Assembly (NCBI GenBank): GCA_964404275.1
Contig: CAYOJH010000004.1
Coordinates: 5,172 to 69,171, forward strand
Source of the DNA: an uncultured Gammaproteobacteria bacterium
GTDB lineage: Bacteria > Patescibacteriota > Patescibacteriia > SG8-24 > DYFX01
DNA: 64,000 nt
Reading direction: 5' to 3'
The position numbers were made by a program, and so were the translations under genes. This document shows positions 53,870-63,453 of the stretch, one piece after another. Each line of letters opens with the position of its first letter. The first letter of the stretch is position 1. Under the pieces are notes generated by a model. That model was not told the origin of the DNA. It searched no databases and was given only the letters and a program-made list of their open reading frames with translations.

Positions 53870-54847
53870 TTATTTCTTGGTCCCTTTCCGCTTGTCGTGA
53901 AAGGCTTTGTAGACTTCCTGAAGATGCGCGTCGGTGATGTGCGTGTAGATTTGCGTGGTCGTGACGGAGGCGTGGCCGAGCAGCGATTGGACGGAGCGAA
54001 GATCGGCGCCGTTCATGAGAAGATCGGTGGCGAAAGAGTGACGGAGCGTGTGCGGCGAGATGCGCTTCACGATGCCGGCGATCTGCGCGTAGTGCTCGAC
54101 CAGGCGTTGGACGCTGCGCGGCGTCAGACCCGACATTTCATCCCGTCCTTTCGAAGCGCGGTCGTGGCTCACGAACAGCATCGGACTCATGTCCTTGCGC
54201 GCGTCGAGATATTTTTTCACCCAAGCTTTCGCGTCTTCGGAAAAAAACACGACGCGATATTTCGAGCCTTTGCCTTTGACCGAAAATTCGTTGCGATTGA
54301 AATTGATGTCTTCGAGTTTCAAATCGCAGAGTTCCGAAACGCGCAGACCCGTCGACCAGAGGAGTTCGAGGATCGCGCGATCGCGCAGACGCACCATGTC
54401 CGGTCCTTGCGCTTTCATCGGCGCGTCGAGCAGCTTCTGGACGTCCGCCGGCTCGAGGAATTCGACGTGGCGTTCCGGCTGCTTGGCGAGTTCGATCTTT
54501 TCCGGCGCGAGCGTCTCAATGTCGCGCTTCGACAAATATTTCAAGAAAGCGCGCAGGGCGATCAAATGGTAATTCTGCGTGTTTTTCTGAAGCGCTTCGC
54601 CATGATGATCTTCCAGGCGATTCAGCCAGAGGCGGAACTGGCGGACGGCATCGAGCGTGATGCCATTTGCCTTGGTGATTTTCCGCTCCAAGGCCCAGTC
54701 CGCGAAGCGTCCGAGGTAGAAGCCGTAGTTCTCCCGCGTCCGTTTGGAGCGGTTTTTTTCGATCTCCAAGTAGTCCCCGAAATCACGAATCAGCTCGTGA
54801 ATCTGGCTTTTTTTGGCTGTCGAATCGACTTTTTCCTTTAAGGCCAT
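53870..54847 (-). CDS. tyrosine recombinase XerC/XerD family
   Basis: N-terminal core-binding domain; C-terminal R..HxxR..Y catalytic motifs (HTLRHSFAT, LLGHASVTTTQIYTH). Confidence 0.8.
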   Translation of the reverse strand: MALKEKVDSTAKKSQIHELIRDFGDYLEIEKNRSKRTRENYGFYLGRFADWALERKITKANGITLDAVRQFRLWLNRLEDHHGEALQKNTQNYHLIALRAFLKYLSKRDIETLAPEKIELAKQPERHVEFLEPADVQKLLDAPMKAQGPDMVRLRDRAILELLWSTGLRVSELCDLKLEDINFNRNEFSVKGKGSKYRVVFFSEDAKAWVKKYLDARKDMSPMLFVSHDRASKGRDEMSGLTPRSVQRLVEHYAQIAGIVKRISPHTLRHSFATDLLMNGADLRSVQSLLGHASVTTTQIYTHITDAHLQEVYKAFHDKRKGTKK

Positions 54848-54863
54848 ATTTTGTCAAAAGGTA

Positions 54864-54892
54864 TTGACATATTCTTGAAATTCTGCTATTCT
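54864..54892 (+). promoter_or_regulatory. sigma70-like promoter TTGACA-N17-TATTCT
   Basis: consensus hexamers upstream of 54963 gene. Confidence 0.45.
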
Positions 54893-54962
54893 TGGCCGTT
54901 CCGGACGAGGTCATTATCTAGGGGGGGCGCCCGGAACCGCCTATAACCAAGGAGAATCCCGA

Positions 54963-55844
54963 GTGAAACAGCACTGGATGAACGGGTTCACGCTCTGCGT
55001 ATTCGGGTGCGTCTTCCTGACGTTCCTGCTCGATGGTCCTTTTACCCAAAGGAAGGAGGCCGCCTCCGCTCAGGCCGCGACGATCAAGCCGCACTGGCCG
55101 ACTTCGCCGCGGGTCAACGCGGAAATTGAGATGCCGGTAGAGCAGCTTGCGCCTTCGCTTTCGGGTGAAGCCGCCGCTGTCTGCGCCAGCTATGATCCCG
55201 TCGCGCATCCGGAGCAGGTCCTCGACATCCTCGTCTACGCGAGCAAAGAAACCGGAACGCCGGTGGACGTGCTCTTCGCGATTTGGATGAACGAGACCGG
55301 CGTGGTCTACGGCTCCGGCGGATCCGATCGCTGTCCGGTCGCGGAGCAGCTGATGATCCGCTGCAAAGTGGGGCGCTCCTGCAGTCATGCGGAAGCGCTC
55401 GACCAGATGGCCGCGCGTTTCCACTGGAATACGCAAGGCATGCTCTGCTCGTGCGGAACTTCCACCATGGGCGAAAATACCGGAAACTTCGGCGGCTGCT
55501 GCGGACCGTTCCAATTCTCCGCCGGAGAAATCGCTCAGGACGCGCTCTCGCGCAATCTTGATCCGATGACGTTCTGCGGCGGAGCGATCGTGGCCGGCGC
55601 GGAGCTGAAGCGGTATCACGACCAACTCGGTTCGTGGGAAGCCGCCATCAAGCGCTATTACGGACTTGATCGCGACGGCCGCTACTATCAGCACGCCTAC
55701 CAGCATTGGCAGGAGATCAAGCCGTACATCGACGCGCAGGATCCGGACAAGCTGCGGACGTTCCTCAAGAACACCGCCGCACCCCGGCTCGCCTGGTCGC
55801 GCCAGAATCGGCAGCAGACGTCGCCGCTGCTCTCCAGCAACTAG
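54963..55844 (+). CDS. membrane-anchored Cys-rich extracytoplasmic protein (possible lysozyme/transglycosylase-like)
   Basis: N-terminal TM; 8+ Cys; motif GGCCGPFQF. Confidence 0.4.
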   Translation: MKQHWMNGFTLCVFGCVFLTFLLDGPFTQRKEAASAQAATIKPHWPTSPRVNAEIEMPVEQLAPSLSGEAAAVCASYDPVAHPEQVLDILVYASKETGTPVDVLFAIWMNETGVVYGSGGSDRCPVAEQLMIRCKVGRSCSHAEALDQMAARFHWNTQGMLCSCGTSTMGENTGNFGGCCGPFQFSAGEIAQDALSRNLDPMTFCGGAIVAGAELKRYHDQLGSWEAAIKRYYGLDRDGRYYQHAYQHWQEIKPYIDAQDPDKLRTFLKNTAAPRLAWSRQNRQQTSPLLSSN

Positions 55845-55979
55845 TACCTTCTTAGCCTCTCTGAGAGAGGTCGACCTCGGTCGGCCTCTTTTTGTATTGT
55901 ACGACACTCGCGGCGTTTGCCGAATGCGGCGCGAATTGCTAGCGTCAAGACAGGACGTTCCACGGACAAGGAGGTACGC

Positions 55980-56750
55980 ATGTCCGAACCGAAGAACTCA
56001 GGATTGATGGTGCTGCTCGGCAGCTTCGGCGGAGCCGCGCTGGCCACCGCCATCTGTCTCGCGTCCTTTCTGATCGCCGGACGCGCGAACCAGACGGTCA
56101 TCGTCAAGAAAGCGGACGAGGCTGTGACCGAGCGCGCCCGCATCTCGCCGGATGATCAAGTGATCACGGCGCACCACGAGGCCGCGCACGCCGTCGTCAG
56201 CATGGCGCTGCTTCCGGAACGCGGAATCGCCAAGCTCGAGGTCTTCTCCAAAGTCAGCCAGGGCAAGTACCTGGGCCTGACGACCTGGAGCGATGACAAG
56301 TCCCGCGGCGACGAAGCGTACCGGCATCGCGCCAACGCGCTCGTCTCCTTGGCCGGCGGCGCCGCCGAAGACGCGCTCTTCAAGAAAACGCCGTCCGACA
56401 GCGATCCGGATTCCGACGCTTCGGCTTTCGAATCGATCGCCTACTGCGAAGTCGCGCATTGCGACTGCCCGCCGGAAAGCAAGGTCGGCGACGACTGTCT
56501 GCTGAACGGCCTGCTCAAGCCGGAGCGCGCGGAGTTCTACGCGCAGGCGAAAACCTGCGTCGAAGCGAATCGCGCCGCGATCATCGAGCTGGCCAAGGCC
56601 GTCATCCTGAAAAGGGAGGACGAAACGCAGGCCGTGCGAACGCTGTCGAGCGGCGAGCTCAAGACGTTCTTCGCCGCGCATCCGCTCGACGTCGAGGCCT
56701 GCACCGGCATCGTTTCCACGCCCGCCCCGCCCGAAGCCCTGCAACCTTGA
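55980..56750 (+). CDS. membrane-anchored M41 (FtsH-like) zinc-metallopeptidase domain protein lacking AAA ATPase module
   Basis: HEXXH in ITAHHEAAHAVVS as in FtsH protease domain; N-terminal TM. Confidence 0.5.
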   Translation: MSEPKNSGLMVLLGSFGGAALATAICLASFLIAGRANQTVIVKKADEAVTERARISPDDQVITAHHEAAHAVVSMALLPERGIAKLEVFSKVSQGKYLGLTTWSDDKSRGDEAYRHRANALVSLAGGAAEDALFKKTPSDSDPDSDASAFESIAYCEVAHCDCPPESKVGDDCLLNGLLKPERAEFYAQAKTCVEANRAAIIELAKAVILKREDETQAVRTLSSGELKTFFAAHPLDVEACTGIVSTPAPPEALQP

Positions 56751-56790
56751 CAGGGCGCTTTTTTTATTGTGAAATCCGCCCGGAGGAATC

Positions 56791-57513
56791 ATGGACATTT
56801 CAGCGAAGGATCGGATCATCGTGGCGCTCGACATGGCGTACGAAAGCGTGATCATGTCGGCAATCCATCACCTGCGCGAACACGTCGGCATGTTCAAGTT
56901 CGGCTTCGAATCGATCCACGCCTTCGGGACTCCGAGGGTCAAGCAGATGATCGAAGAGACTGGCGGCAGCGACTTCATCGACTGCAAGCTTCACGACATT
57001 CCCGAAACCGTCAGGAAGTCGGCCTTGCAGATCGTCGGCCCGCACGTGAAGTTCTTCAATGTCCACGCGACCGCCGGGGCCGAAGCCATTCGCGCCGCCG
57101 CCGAGGCCAAAGGGCCTTCCAAGCTCTTGGCCGTGACGCTGTTGACATCGCTGTCGCCCAAGGATGTCGATGAGATTTACAACGCCGACCACGTCGAGCG
57201 GAAGGTCTTGAGCCTGGCGGCGCTGGCAATGAGGAATGGCGCCGATGGCGTCATCTGTTCGCCCAAGGAGATCCCGACGCTCCGCGCGCATCCGGCCACC
57301 AAGGATGCGATCCTGGTCACGCCCGGCGTGCGTCCGGCCGGCGCCGATCACAACGATCAGAAGCGCGTCATGACCCCCGGCGAAGCGATCCTGGCCGGCG
57401 CCGATTACCTCGTGATCGGCCGACCGATCCTGGGCGAGCTCGATTCGGTCGGGGCCGCGAAGCGCATCGCCGAGGAGATCGAGATCGCGCTCGCCAGTCG
57501 AGGCGCCCCGTGA
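56791..57513 (+). CDS. pyrF: orotidine 5'-phosphate decarboxylase
   Basis: IIVALD and K-x-H-D-I-P (CKLHDIPETV) motifs. Confidence 0.85.
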   Translation: MDISAKDRIIVALDMAYESVIMSAIHHLREHVGMFKFGFESIHAFGTPRVKQMIEETGGSDFIDCKLHDIPETVRKSALQIVGPHVKFFNVHATAGAEAIRAAAEAKGPSKLLAVTLLTSLSPKDVDEIYNADHVERKVLSLAALAMRNGADGVICSPKEIPTLRAHPATKDAILVTPGVRPAGADHNDQKRVMTPGEAILAGADYLVIGRPILGELDSVGAAKRIAEEIEIALASRGAP

Positions 57514-58166
57514 AGCGCCTCTCGGAAACCGACGTCATCGCGCTCTTCGAGCGCTTCGGCGCCTATCGCAAAGACGACCACTTCGTCTACGCCAGCGGCA
57601 AGCACGGCCACGAGTACCTCGATAAGAAGGCGCTGCTGGCCGATCCCGCCGCTTCCGCCGCCCTTTCCCATGAGATGTACTGGCGCTGGATCGAGACATC
57701 CGACGACCCGATACCCGACGTGGTCGCCGGGCCGGAAGTCAGCGGCGCGGACCTGGCCAAGCTCGTGATGGCGGACTATAACCGCCTGCTGGCGCTGACC
57801 GGAGCCGAACCGATCACCTCGATCTCGATCGATAAAGACGGCGCGGGCGGCTTCCGGCTGACGGAGGAAGCTGCCAACACCGTTCGAGGGCGGACCGTCC
57901 TCTTGACGGAGGATATTCTGAACACCGCTGGCAGCCTCGTCTCGGCGGCTCAAGCGGTGAAGAACGCCCGACCTCTCGCCATCGTCGGCGCAACCGTGAT
58001 CTGGAATCGCGGCGGGATCACCTCTCTCCCCTGCCCATTCATCTCGCTGGTAACCCGCCAGCTCGAAGCCTACGCCGCGACCGACTGCCCGTTCTGCAAG
58101 CAGGGCCGGCCGATCAATACGAAGCTCGGCCACGGCGCCGAGTATCTCCGCAGCCTCCGCCCTTGA
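57510..58166 (+). CDS. pyrE: orotate phosphoribosyltransferase
   Basis: PRPP-binding motif VLLTEDILNTAGS. Confidence 0.8.
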   Translation: MKRLSETDVIALFERFGAYRKDDHFVYASGKHGHEYLDKKALLADPAASAALSHEMYWRWIETSDDPIPDVVAGPEVSGADLAKLVMADYNRLLALTGAEPITSISIDKDGAGGFRLTEEAANTVRGRTVLLTEDILNTAGSLVSAAQAVKNARPLAIVGATVIWNRGGITSLPCPFISLVTRQLEAYAATDCPFCKQGRPINTKLGHGAEYLRSLRP

Positions 58167-58215
58167 TCTAAGGGCGGTTTTTTGTTTAGCTAGGCGGGTG
58201 CGAAAGGAGTTCCGC

Positions 58216-58842
58216 ATGCGCAGCGCCTTCATCATCGTCGGCAGCGAGCTCGGATTCTGGGAACAGGCTTGCGCGCTCGAAACCTACCTCCGCGCGAATG
58301 CCGGGATCCGATACGTTAAAATCTGCGAGGCCTGGAATCGGAAGCCGTTCGATCTCAAATACGCGTTCGACAACCATGCCATCCGCGCCGGACGCCAGCC
58401 GTTTCTCTTGGCCTACATCGGCCACGGCTACAAGGACAAGAAGACCGGCGAAACCGGCTGGTCGTACGGCAAGGAGAACGCCCATCGGGAACTTCGGCTC
58501 CCGTACGAGACGCTCCTGACCTGGCTGATCGAATCGCGCGACGGCCCGACGCTGTTCCTGAACGATTGCTGCTACGCGGCCTCGTTCCTGACGCCGGCGG
58601 TGCGCGAAAATCCGAGGCTCAAGATCAGCATGATCGCCGCCTCGCACGCGCAAGGCTTCTGCTACGGGTATCTCATGAATTCCGTCATGAATGCCTGGAT
58701 GGGCCGCGAGGTCTACGTGCCGAAGATCCATCTCCGCGATCCGACGATCAAACGCCATCACCGCGTGCTCGAAGAACGCTTCGGCCCCGCGCTCGACCAT
58801 CACTTCTTCCCGAAGCCCCCAGCCGCCAACCAGGCTGCCTAG
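58216..58842 (+). CDS. caspase-like (peptidase C14/CHAT-like) minimal protein with His/Cys dyad
   Basis: FIIVGS strand, AYIGHGY (His), ~45 aa later LFLNDCCYAASF (Cys). Confidence 0.4.
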   Translation: MRSAFIIVGSELGFWEQACALETYLRANAGIRYVKICEAWNRKPFDLKYAFDNHAIRAGRQPFLLAYIGHGYKDKKTGETGWSYGKENAHRELRLPYETLLTWLIESRDGPTLFLNDCCYAASFLTPAVRENPRLKISMIAASHAQGFCYGYLMNSVMNAWMGREVYVPKIHLRDPTIKRHHRVLEERFGPALDHHFFPKPPAANQAA

Positions 58843-58853
58843 GGGTTTTTTCT

Positions 58854-59912
58854 TTACAGCTGATGGTGTTTCGCTCGTTCAACCATGAACTTCACCGCGT
58901 CATTGGCATTGACGTATTCGATGAGTAGGTCCGGGTGGCGTTTCTGAAATACCCGGAACACCTCGTCAGCAAATGCCTGACCGACAGAGGGTACGCGCTC
59001 GAAGTCTAGGACGATCTGCTTGAATTTATCGAGTCCCGTAAGGAGGCGTCGGGCTTGCGAACGAGAAATTTGTGCTGTGCCATAACGGTATAATTTCACG
59101 TGCACCACTGTTCTATCGAAGGCCGGCTCTTCAACATCGATGGAAAAAGGCCGGAATACGTCACGATCAAGGTGCCTATCGGAGTTGAGGGCGATCTCAA
59201 AGATAACCTTGGTGCCGGTATGCGCGGAGATCTCTTCTAGGAATGTATCGGGAATCCGATTATCCACGGTGAGCATGAGCGTTCCGCTTTCGAGCATGAA
59301 GAGATCGCCGGATTTCGAGGTGAAGAAGATGCCCTCACCACTATGTCGGTCGGGAACCGTCGTCGTTTTCCCTTTCAACACGTCAAGAGCAGCTTCATAT
59401 TGGCTCTCCAAGCGTCTTTTCCACATCACGTTTTCAAAAGCACCGATCCCCCTGTCTTCAACCTCGAACCTCAATTTGCCGTCTCCAATTTCTACCGTGG
59501 TCCTGATAGTGTCTGATTGCGAATGATCTATTGCATTATTTACCATTTCCGAAAATGCATAATCAAAAATACTGCGTACGTTTTCATGCAGTACGCCGAG
59601 TTTCGGTAAATCTCTGACCACCTCATCGTAAACGTCTGCTTCGCTCAAGTCCGTATTACGAAACGTTTTTTCCCATTTCGAAGCGGTGTGTAAAATTGCC
59701 GACGCATTTTTCTCTGTCGCGGCAACATAGTAGGCTCCGCGCGTTATACCAATCTTCAGAATCCTCTTTTGTCCCAATAGCTGGCCAATAATATGCCTGG
59801 CCAGCTTGGCATGGCCTGGAAAAAAAACGATAACTTCGCGTGCTTTGAACTCGCGGCGCTCATCGAGTAATTCTTCGATTTTCTGCCTAATTTTCGTTGA
59901 GATATCAGACAT
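58854..59912 (-). CDS. wHTH + GHKL (HATPase_c-like) + C-terminal STAS-like (DUF4325-type) protein; low-GC
   Basis: N box MVNNAIDHS, G1 VEDRGIGA, G2 GEGIFFT; C-term FERVPSVGQAFADEVFRVF; GC visibly lower than flanks. Confidence 0.5.
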   Translation of the reverse strand: MSDISTKIRQKIEELLDERREFKAREVIVFFPGHAKLARHIIGQLLGQKRILKIGITRGAYYVAATEKNASAILHTASKWEKTFRNTDLSEADVYDEVVRDLPKLGVLHENVRSIFDYAFSEMVNNAIDHSQSDTIRTTVEIGDGKLRFEVEDRGIGAFENVMWKRRLESQYEAALDVLKGKTTTVPDRHSGEGIFFTSKSGDLFMLESGTLMLTVDNRIPDTFLEEISAHTGTKVIFEIALNSDRHLDRDVFRPFSIDVEEPAFDRTVVHVKLYRYGTAQISRSQARRLLTGLDKFKQIVLDFERVPSVGQAFADEVFRVFQKRHPDLLIEYVNANDAVKFMVERAKHHQL

Positions 59913-60113
59913 GGACGTGGTATCTACTAATAATCTACCAATATATACTAATCTTGTCAAGACCTATTTACTAATATATATCAATTATCGGGTTAAGAAT
60001 ATTGACAGGTGGGGCGCCACTTGATATCTTTTGCCTGTATTTAACTCCGGCCGCGACGCTTGGTTTCAGCCTCGAGCGGGCTCCTACTCGGCACGACGGC
60101 ATATAAAAGACGT

Positions 60114-60374
60114 ATGCTCGACAAGAAAGCGAAAGAAAAAATCATCGAGAAGTACAAGACGCACGATCAGGATACGGGTTCCGCGCAGGTCCAGATCGCC
60201 ATCCTTACGGCGGAGATCAAGGACCTGACCGACCACCTGAAGATGCATAAGAAGGACTTCTCGTCCCGCCGCGGTTTGCTCCGCAAGGTCAACGAGCGCC
60301 GCAAGTTGCTCCGCTACCTCCAGCGCGAAATGCCGAAGGAGTTCGCGAAGCTGACCGAAAAGCTCAAGATGTAA
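60114..60374 (+). CDS. rpsO: 30S ribosomal protein S15
   Basis: canonical S15 (GSAQVQIAILTAEIKDLTDHLKMHKKD...). Confidence 0.9.
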   Translation: MLDKKAKEKIIEKYKTHDQDTGSAQVQIAILTAEIKDLTDHLKMHKKDFSSRRGLLRKVNERRKLLRYLQREMPKEFAKLTEKLKM

Positions 60375-60377
60375 TTT

Positions 60378-60430
60378 GATAAGCGCGTCGCGTACACGGC
60401 CTTGCGGCTCCACGCGACGCGCTTCCGATT
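60378..60430 (+). terminator. long hairpin (AGCGCGTCGCGT...ACGCGACGCGCT) + T-run after rpsO
   Basis: 12-bp perfect stem. Confidence 0.55.
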
Positions 60431-60462
60431 TTTGACCGGATTTTCAACTTCATTTCATTTGT

Positions 60463-61068
60463 ATGGCCGTGATCAAGCAGAAGAGCCAGCGCGTCGGCGT
60501 TTTCATCGACGTACAGAACATGTATTACTCGGCGAAGAACCTGTATAACTGCCGCGTCAACTTCGGCAACATCGTCGAAGACGCCGTGGCTGATCGCCAG
60601 CTCGTGCGCGCGATCGCCTACGTCGTCCGCGCCGGCGTGCCCGAAGAGCAATCCTTCTTCGACGCCCTGACCAAGCTCGGCATTGAAACCAAGGAACGCG
60701 AAGTCCAGGTCTTCCTGGGCGGCGCCAAGAAAGCGGATTGGGACGTCGGCATGGTCGTCGACGCGATCCGCCTCTCCCCCAAGCTCGACGTGGTCGTCCT
60801 CGTCTCGGGCGACGGCGACTTCATCCCGCTGGTCGAATATCTCCAAAACATGGGCGTCCAGACGGAAGTCATGGCCTTCCGCGAGACGTCCTCCTCCAAA
60901 CTGGTCGAAGAAGTCGATGATTACACCGATTTGTCCCGCGACCAGAAGCGCTACCTGATCCCCACGCGCTTCACCGGCCGGACGAGCGGCGCCCGCGCGC
61001 CGAAGCCCGCTCCGACCGCCGACGACGTCGATCCCAACATCAGCCAGATGCTCAAAGGCGAGGAGTAA
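60463..61068 (+). CDS. NYN-domain (LabA/DUF88-like, PIN-like) protein
   Basis: VFIDVQNMYYS and VLVSGDGDF acidic motifs. Confidence 0.75.
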   Translation: MAVIKQKSQRVGVFIDVQNMYYSAKNLYNCRVNFGNIVEDAVADRQLVRAIAYVVRAGVPEEQSFFDALTKLGIETKEREVQVFLGGAKKADWDVGMVVDAIRLSPKLDVVVLVSGDGDFIPLVEYLQNMGVQTEVMAFRETSSSKLVEEVDDYTDLSRDQKRYLIPTRFTGRTSGARAPKPAPTADDVDPNISQMLKGEE

Positions 61069-61229
61069 GAGGCGGTGAGGGGGGTTTCCGAAACCCCTCC
61101 TTCCCTCTCTTATTCAAGAGAGACTAAGCATAATTCCCGGAACGGTTGAGGACTCGTTCACAGTCCCGCGGAGCTCACGAGGTGAGCGGCGCAGGACTGT
61201 ATGCGGTCCCTTCCGTCGGGACACATCTC

Positions 61230-63398
61230 ATGACCAAGCAGTATTCGCTTGAATGGGGCGGTAAGACCCTCTCGGTTGAGATCGGCAAGATCGCCAAGCA
61301 GGCCAACGGTTCCTGCGTCGTGCGCTACGGCGACACGATGGTCCTCGTGACCGCGACGATGAGCGCCTCCGCGCGCGACGGCATCGACTTTTTGCCGCTG
61401 TCGGTCGAGAATGAAGAGCGCCTCTACGCTTCCGGCAAGATCAAGTCCTCGCGCTTCCTGAAGCGCGAAGGCCGCCCGACGGACGACGCGATCGTCGTCG
61501 GCCGCATGATCGACCGTTCGATCCGCCCGCTCTTCGAGCAGAAGATCCGAAACGAAATCCAAGTCGTCTTCACGACGCTCGCGTTCGACAAGGAAAACGA
61601 TTACGACGTCCCCGCCATGATGGGCGCCGCGATCGCGATCGGCATCTCCGACATTCCCTGGTTCGGTCCGATCGCCGGCATCCGCGTCGGCCGCGTCGGA
61701 GGCGAGTTGATCATCAACCCGACCTACGAAGCGCGCGACAAGGGCGATCTCGATCTCTTCATCGCCGGCACGCCGACGCTCACCACCATGGTGGAAGCGG
61801 AAAGCAACGAGGTCGCGGAAGAAGACATGATGAAGGCCGTGAAATTCGCCGAGAAGCATCTCGGCGAAGCGCAGGCGTTCGTCGAAAAAATTATCGCCGA
61901 GATCGGCAAGCCGAAACGCTCGGTCAGCGAGCTCACCAACACCGATCCGGAAACCGCGAAAGAAAAAGAAGCGCTGATCGCCAAGTCGCGCGAGTTCATC
62001 TTCCCAAAGATCCGCGAATATCTTTTCGCCACGCCGAAAGCCACGAAGGTCGAACGCGCGAAAGCCAAAGGCGCGCTCGCGCACACGCTCGACGACTATC
62101 TGAAGACCGAACAGATCGGCAAGGACAAGCGCAAATGGGCGATCGATGCGATGGGTAAGTGGGTCGAAGAAGTCGTCTCGCAGATCATCCTTGAAGAAGG
62201 CACGCGCTGCGATGGCCGCGGACTCGATGAGATCCGCGAGCTCTCCGCCGAAGTCGCCCTGCTCCCCCGCGTGCACGGTTCCGCCTTGTTTTCTCGGGGT
62301 GAAACGCAGATCCTCTCGTCCGTGACTCTCGGCGCGCCGTCCGATGTCCAGCTGGTCGACAGCATGGAATTCTCGGAGAAGCGCCGCTACTTCCACCACT
62401 ACAACTTCCCGCCGTACTCCGTCGGCGAAACCGGACGCTTCTTCGGTGGCGGTCGCCGAGAAATCGGCCACGGTGGCTTGGCCGAGCGCGCGCTCGTTCC
62501 GGTCCTGCCCACGAAAGAAGAATTCCCGTACACGATCCGCGTCGTCTCCGAGACGATGGGCTCGAACGGTTCTTCATCGCAGGGTTCGATCTGCGGCTCG
62601 ACGCTCGCGCTCATGGACGCCGGCGTTCCGATTCGCAAACCGGTAGCCGGCATCGCGATGGGCATCGCCACGGATCCGAACGACATCAACCGCTACAAGA
62701 TCATCACCGACCTCCAAGATTTGGAAGACGGCGCCGGCGGCATGGACTTCAAGATCGGCGGCACGCGCGACGGCATCACGTCGATCCAGATGGACACGAA
62801 GACGAAAGGCCTGACCTGGAAAATCGTCGAAGAGACGCTGACCAAGGCCAAGCAGGCGCGCCTGCAGATTCTCGACGTCATGGCGCAAGCGATCGCCGCG
62901 CCGCGTCCGGAACTTTCCCCGTACGCGCCGCGCATCGTCATCCTGAAGATCAATCCGGATCTGATCCGCAACGTCATCGGCCCCGGCGGCAAGATGATCA
63001 ACGCGATCATCGAAAAGACCGGCGTGCAGATCGACGTCGAGAACGACGGCACGATCACAATCACCTCCGCGAACCTCGAGCAGCTCGAAGTCGCGAAGAA
63101 GTGGGTCGAAGATCTGACGCGCGAACTCAAGGTCGGTGAATTTTTTGCGGGCGGTAAAGTTACGCGGATCCTCGATTTCGGCGCCTTCGTCGAAGTCCTG
63201 CCCGGCCAAGAAGGCATGGTCCACATCTCCGAGCTCTCGCCGCAGCGCGTCGAAAAGATCACCGACGTCCTTAAAGTCGGCGACATCATCCCGGTCGTCG
63301 TCATCAAGATTGACGAACTGGGCCGCGTCAACCTAAGCTTGAAGCGCGCTAAGGAGAAATTGCAGGTCAGTGGAAACCAAACTTCCAAAACTGCGTAG
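61230..63398 (+). CDS. pnp: polyribonucleotide nucleotidyltransferase (PNPase)
   Basis: two RNase PH domains, KH and S1 domains. Confidence 0.9.
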   Translation: MTKQYSLEWGGKTLSVEIGKIAKQANGSCVVRYGDTMVLVTATMSASARDGIDFLPLSVENEERLYASGKIKSSRFLKREGRPTDDAIVVGRMIDRSIRPLFEQKIRNEIQVVFTTLAFDKENDYDVPAMMGAAIAIGISDIPWFGPIAGIRVGRVGGELIINPTYEARDKGDLDLFIAGTPTLTTMVEAESNEVAEEDMMKAVKFAEKHLGEAQAFVEKIIAEIGKPKRSVSELTNTDPETAKEKEALIAKSREFIFPKIREYLFATPKATKVERAKAKGALAHTLDDYLKTEQIGKDKRKWAIDAMGKWVEEVVSQIILEEGTRCDGRGLDEIRELSAEVALLPRVHGSALFSRGETQILSSVTLGAPSDVQLVDSMEFSEKRRYFHHYNFPPYSVGETGRFFGGGRREIGHGGLAERALVPVLPTKEEFPYTIRVVSETMGSNGSSSQGSICGSTLALMDAGVPIRKPVAGIAMGIATDPNDINRYKIITDLQDLEDGAGGMDFKIGGTRDGITSIQMDTKTKGLTWKIVEETLTKAKQARLQILDVMAQAIAAPRPELSPYAPRIVILKINPDLIRNVIGPGGKMINAIIEKTGVQIDVENDGTITITSANLEQLEVAKKWVEDLTRELKVGEFFAGGKVTRILDFGAFVEVLPGQEGMVHISELSPQRVEKITDVLKVGDIIPVVVIKIDELGRVNLSLKRAKEKLQVSGNQTSKTA

Positions 63399-63453
63399 TT
63401 GCAAGCTTTCGAAGCTCCAAGCGCTCCTCCTTCTGGGAGGGGCGTTTGTGTTG

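Noticed and set aside
53870-54847. Prophage/integrative element call at the tRNA-His-adjacent recombinase
   Set aside because: The protein has XerC/D-type architecture and flanking genes are core (DedA, pyrF/pyrE); no att repeat noticed; kept only as a low-interest finding
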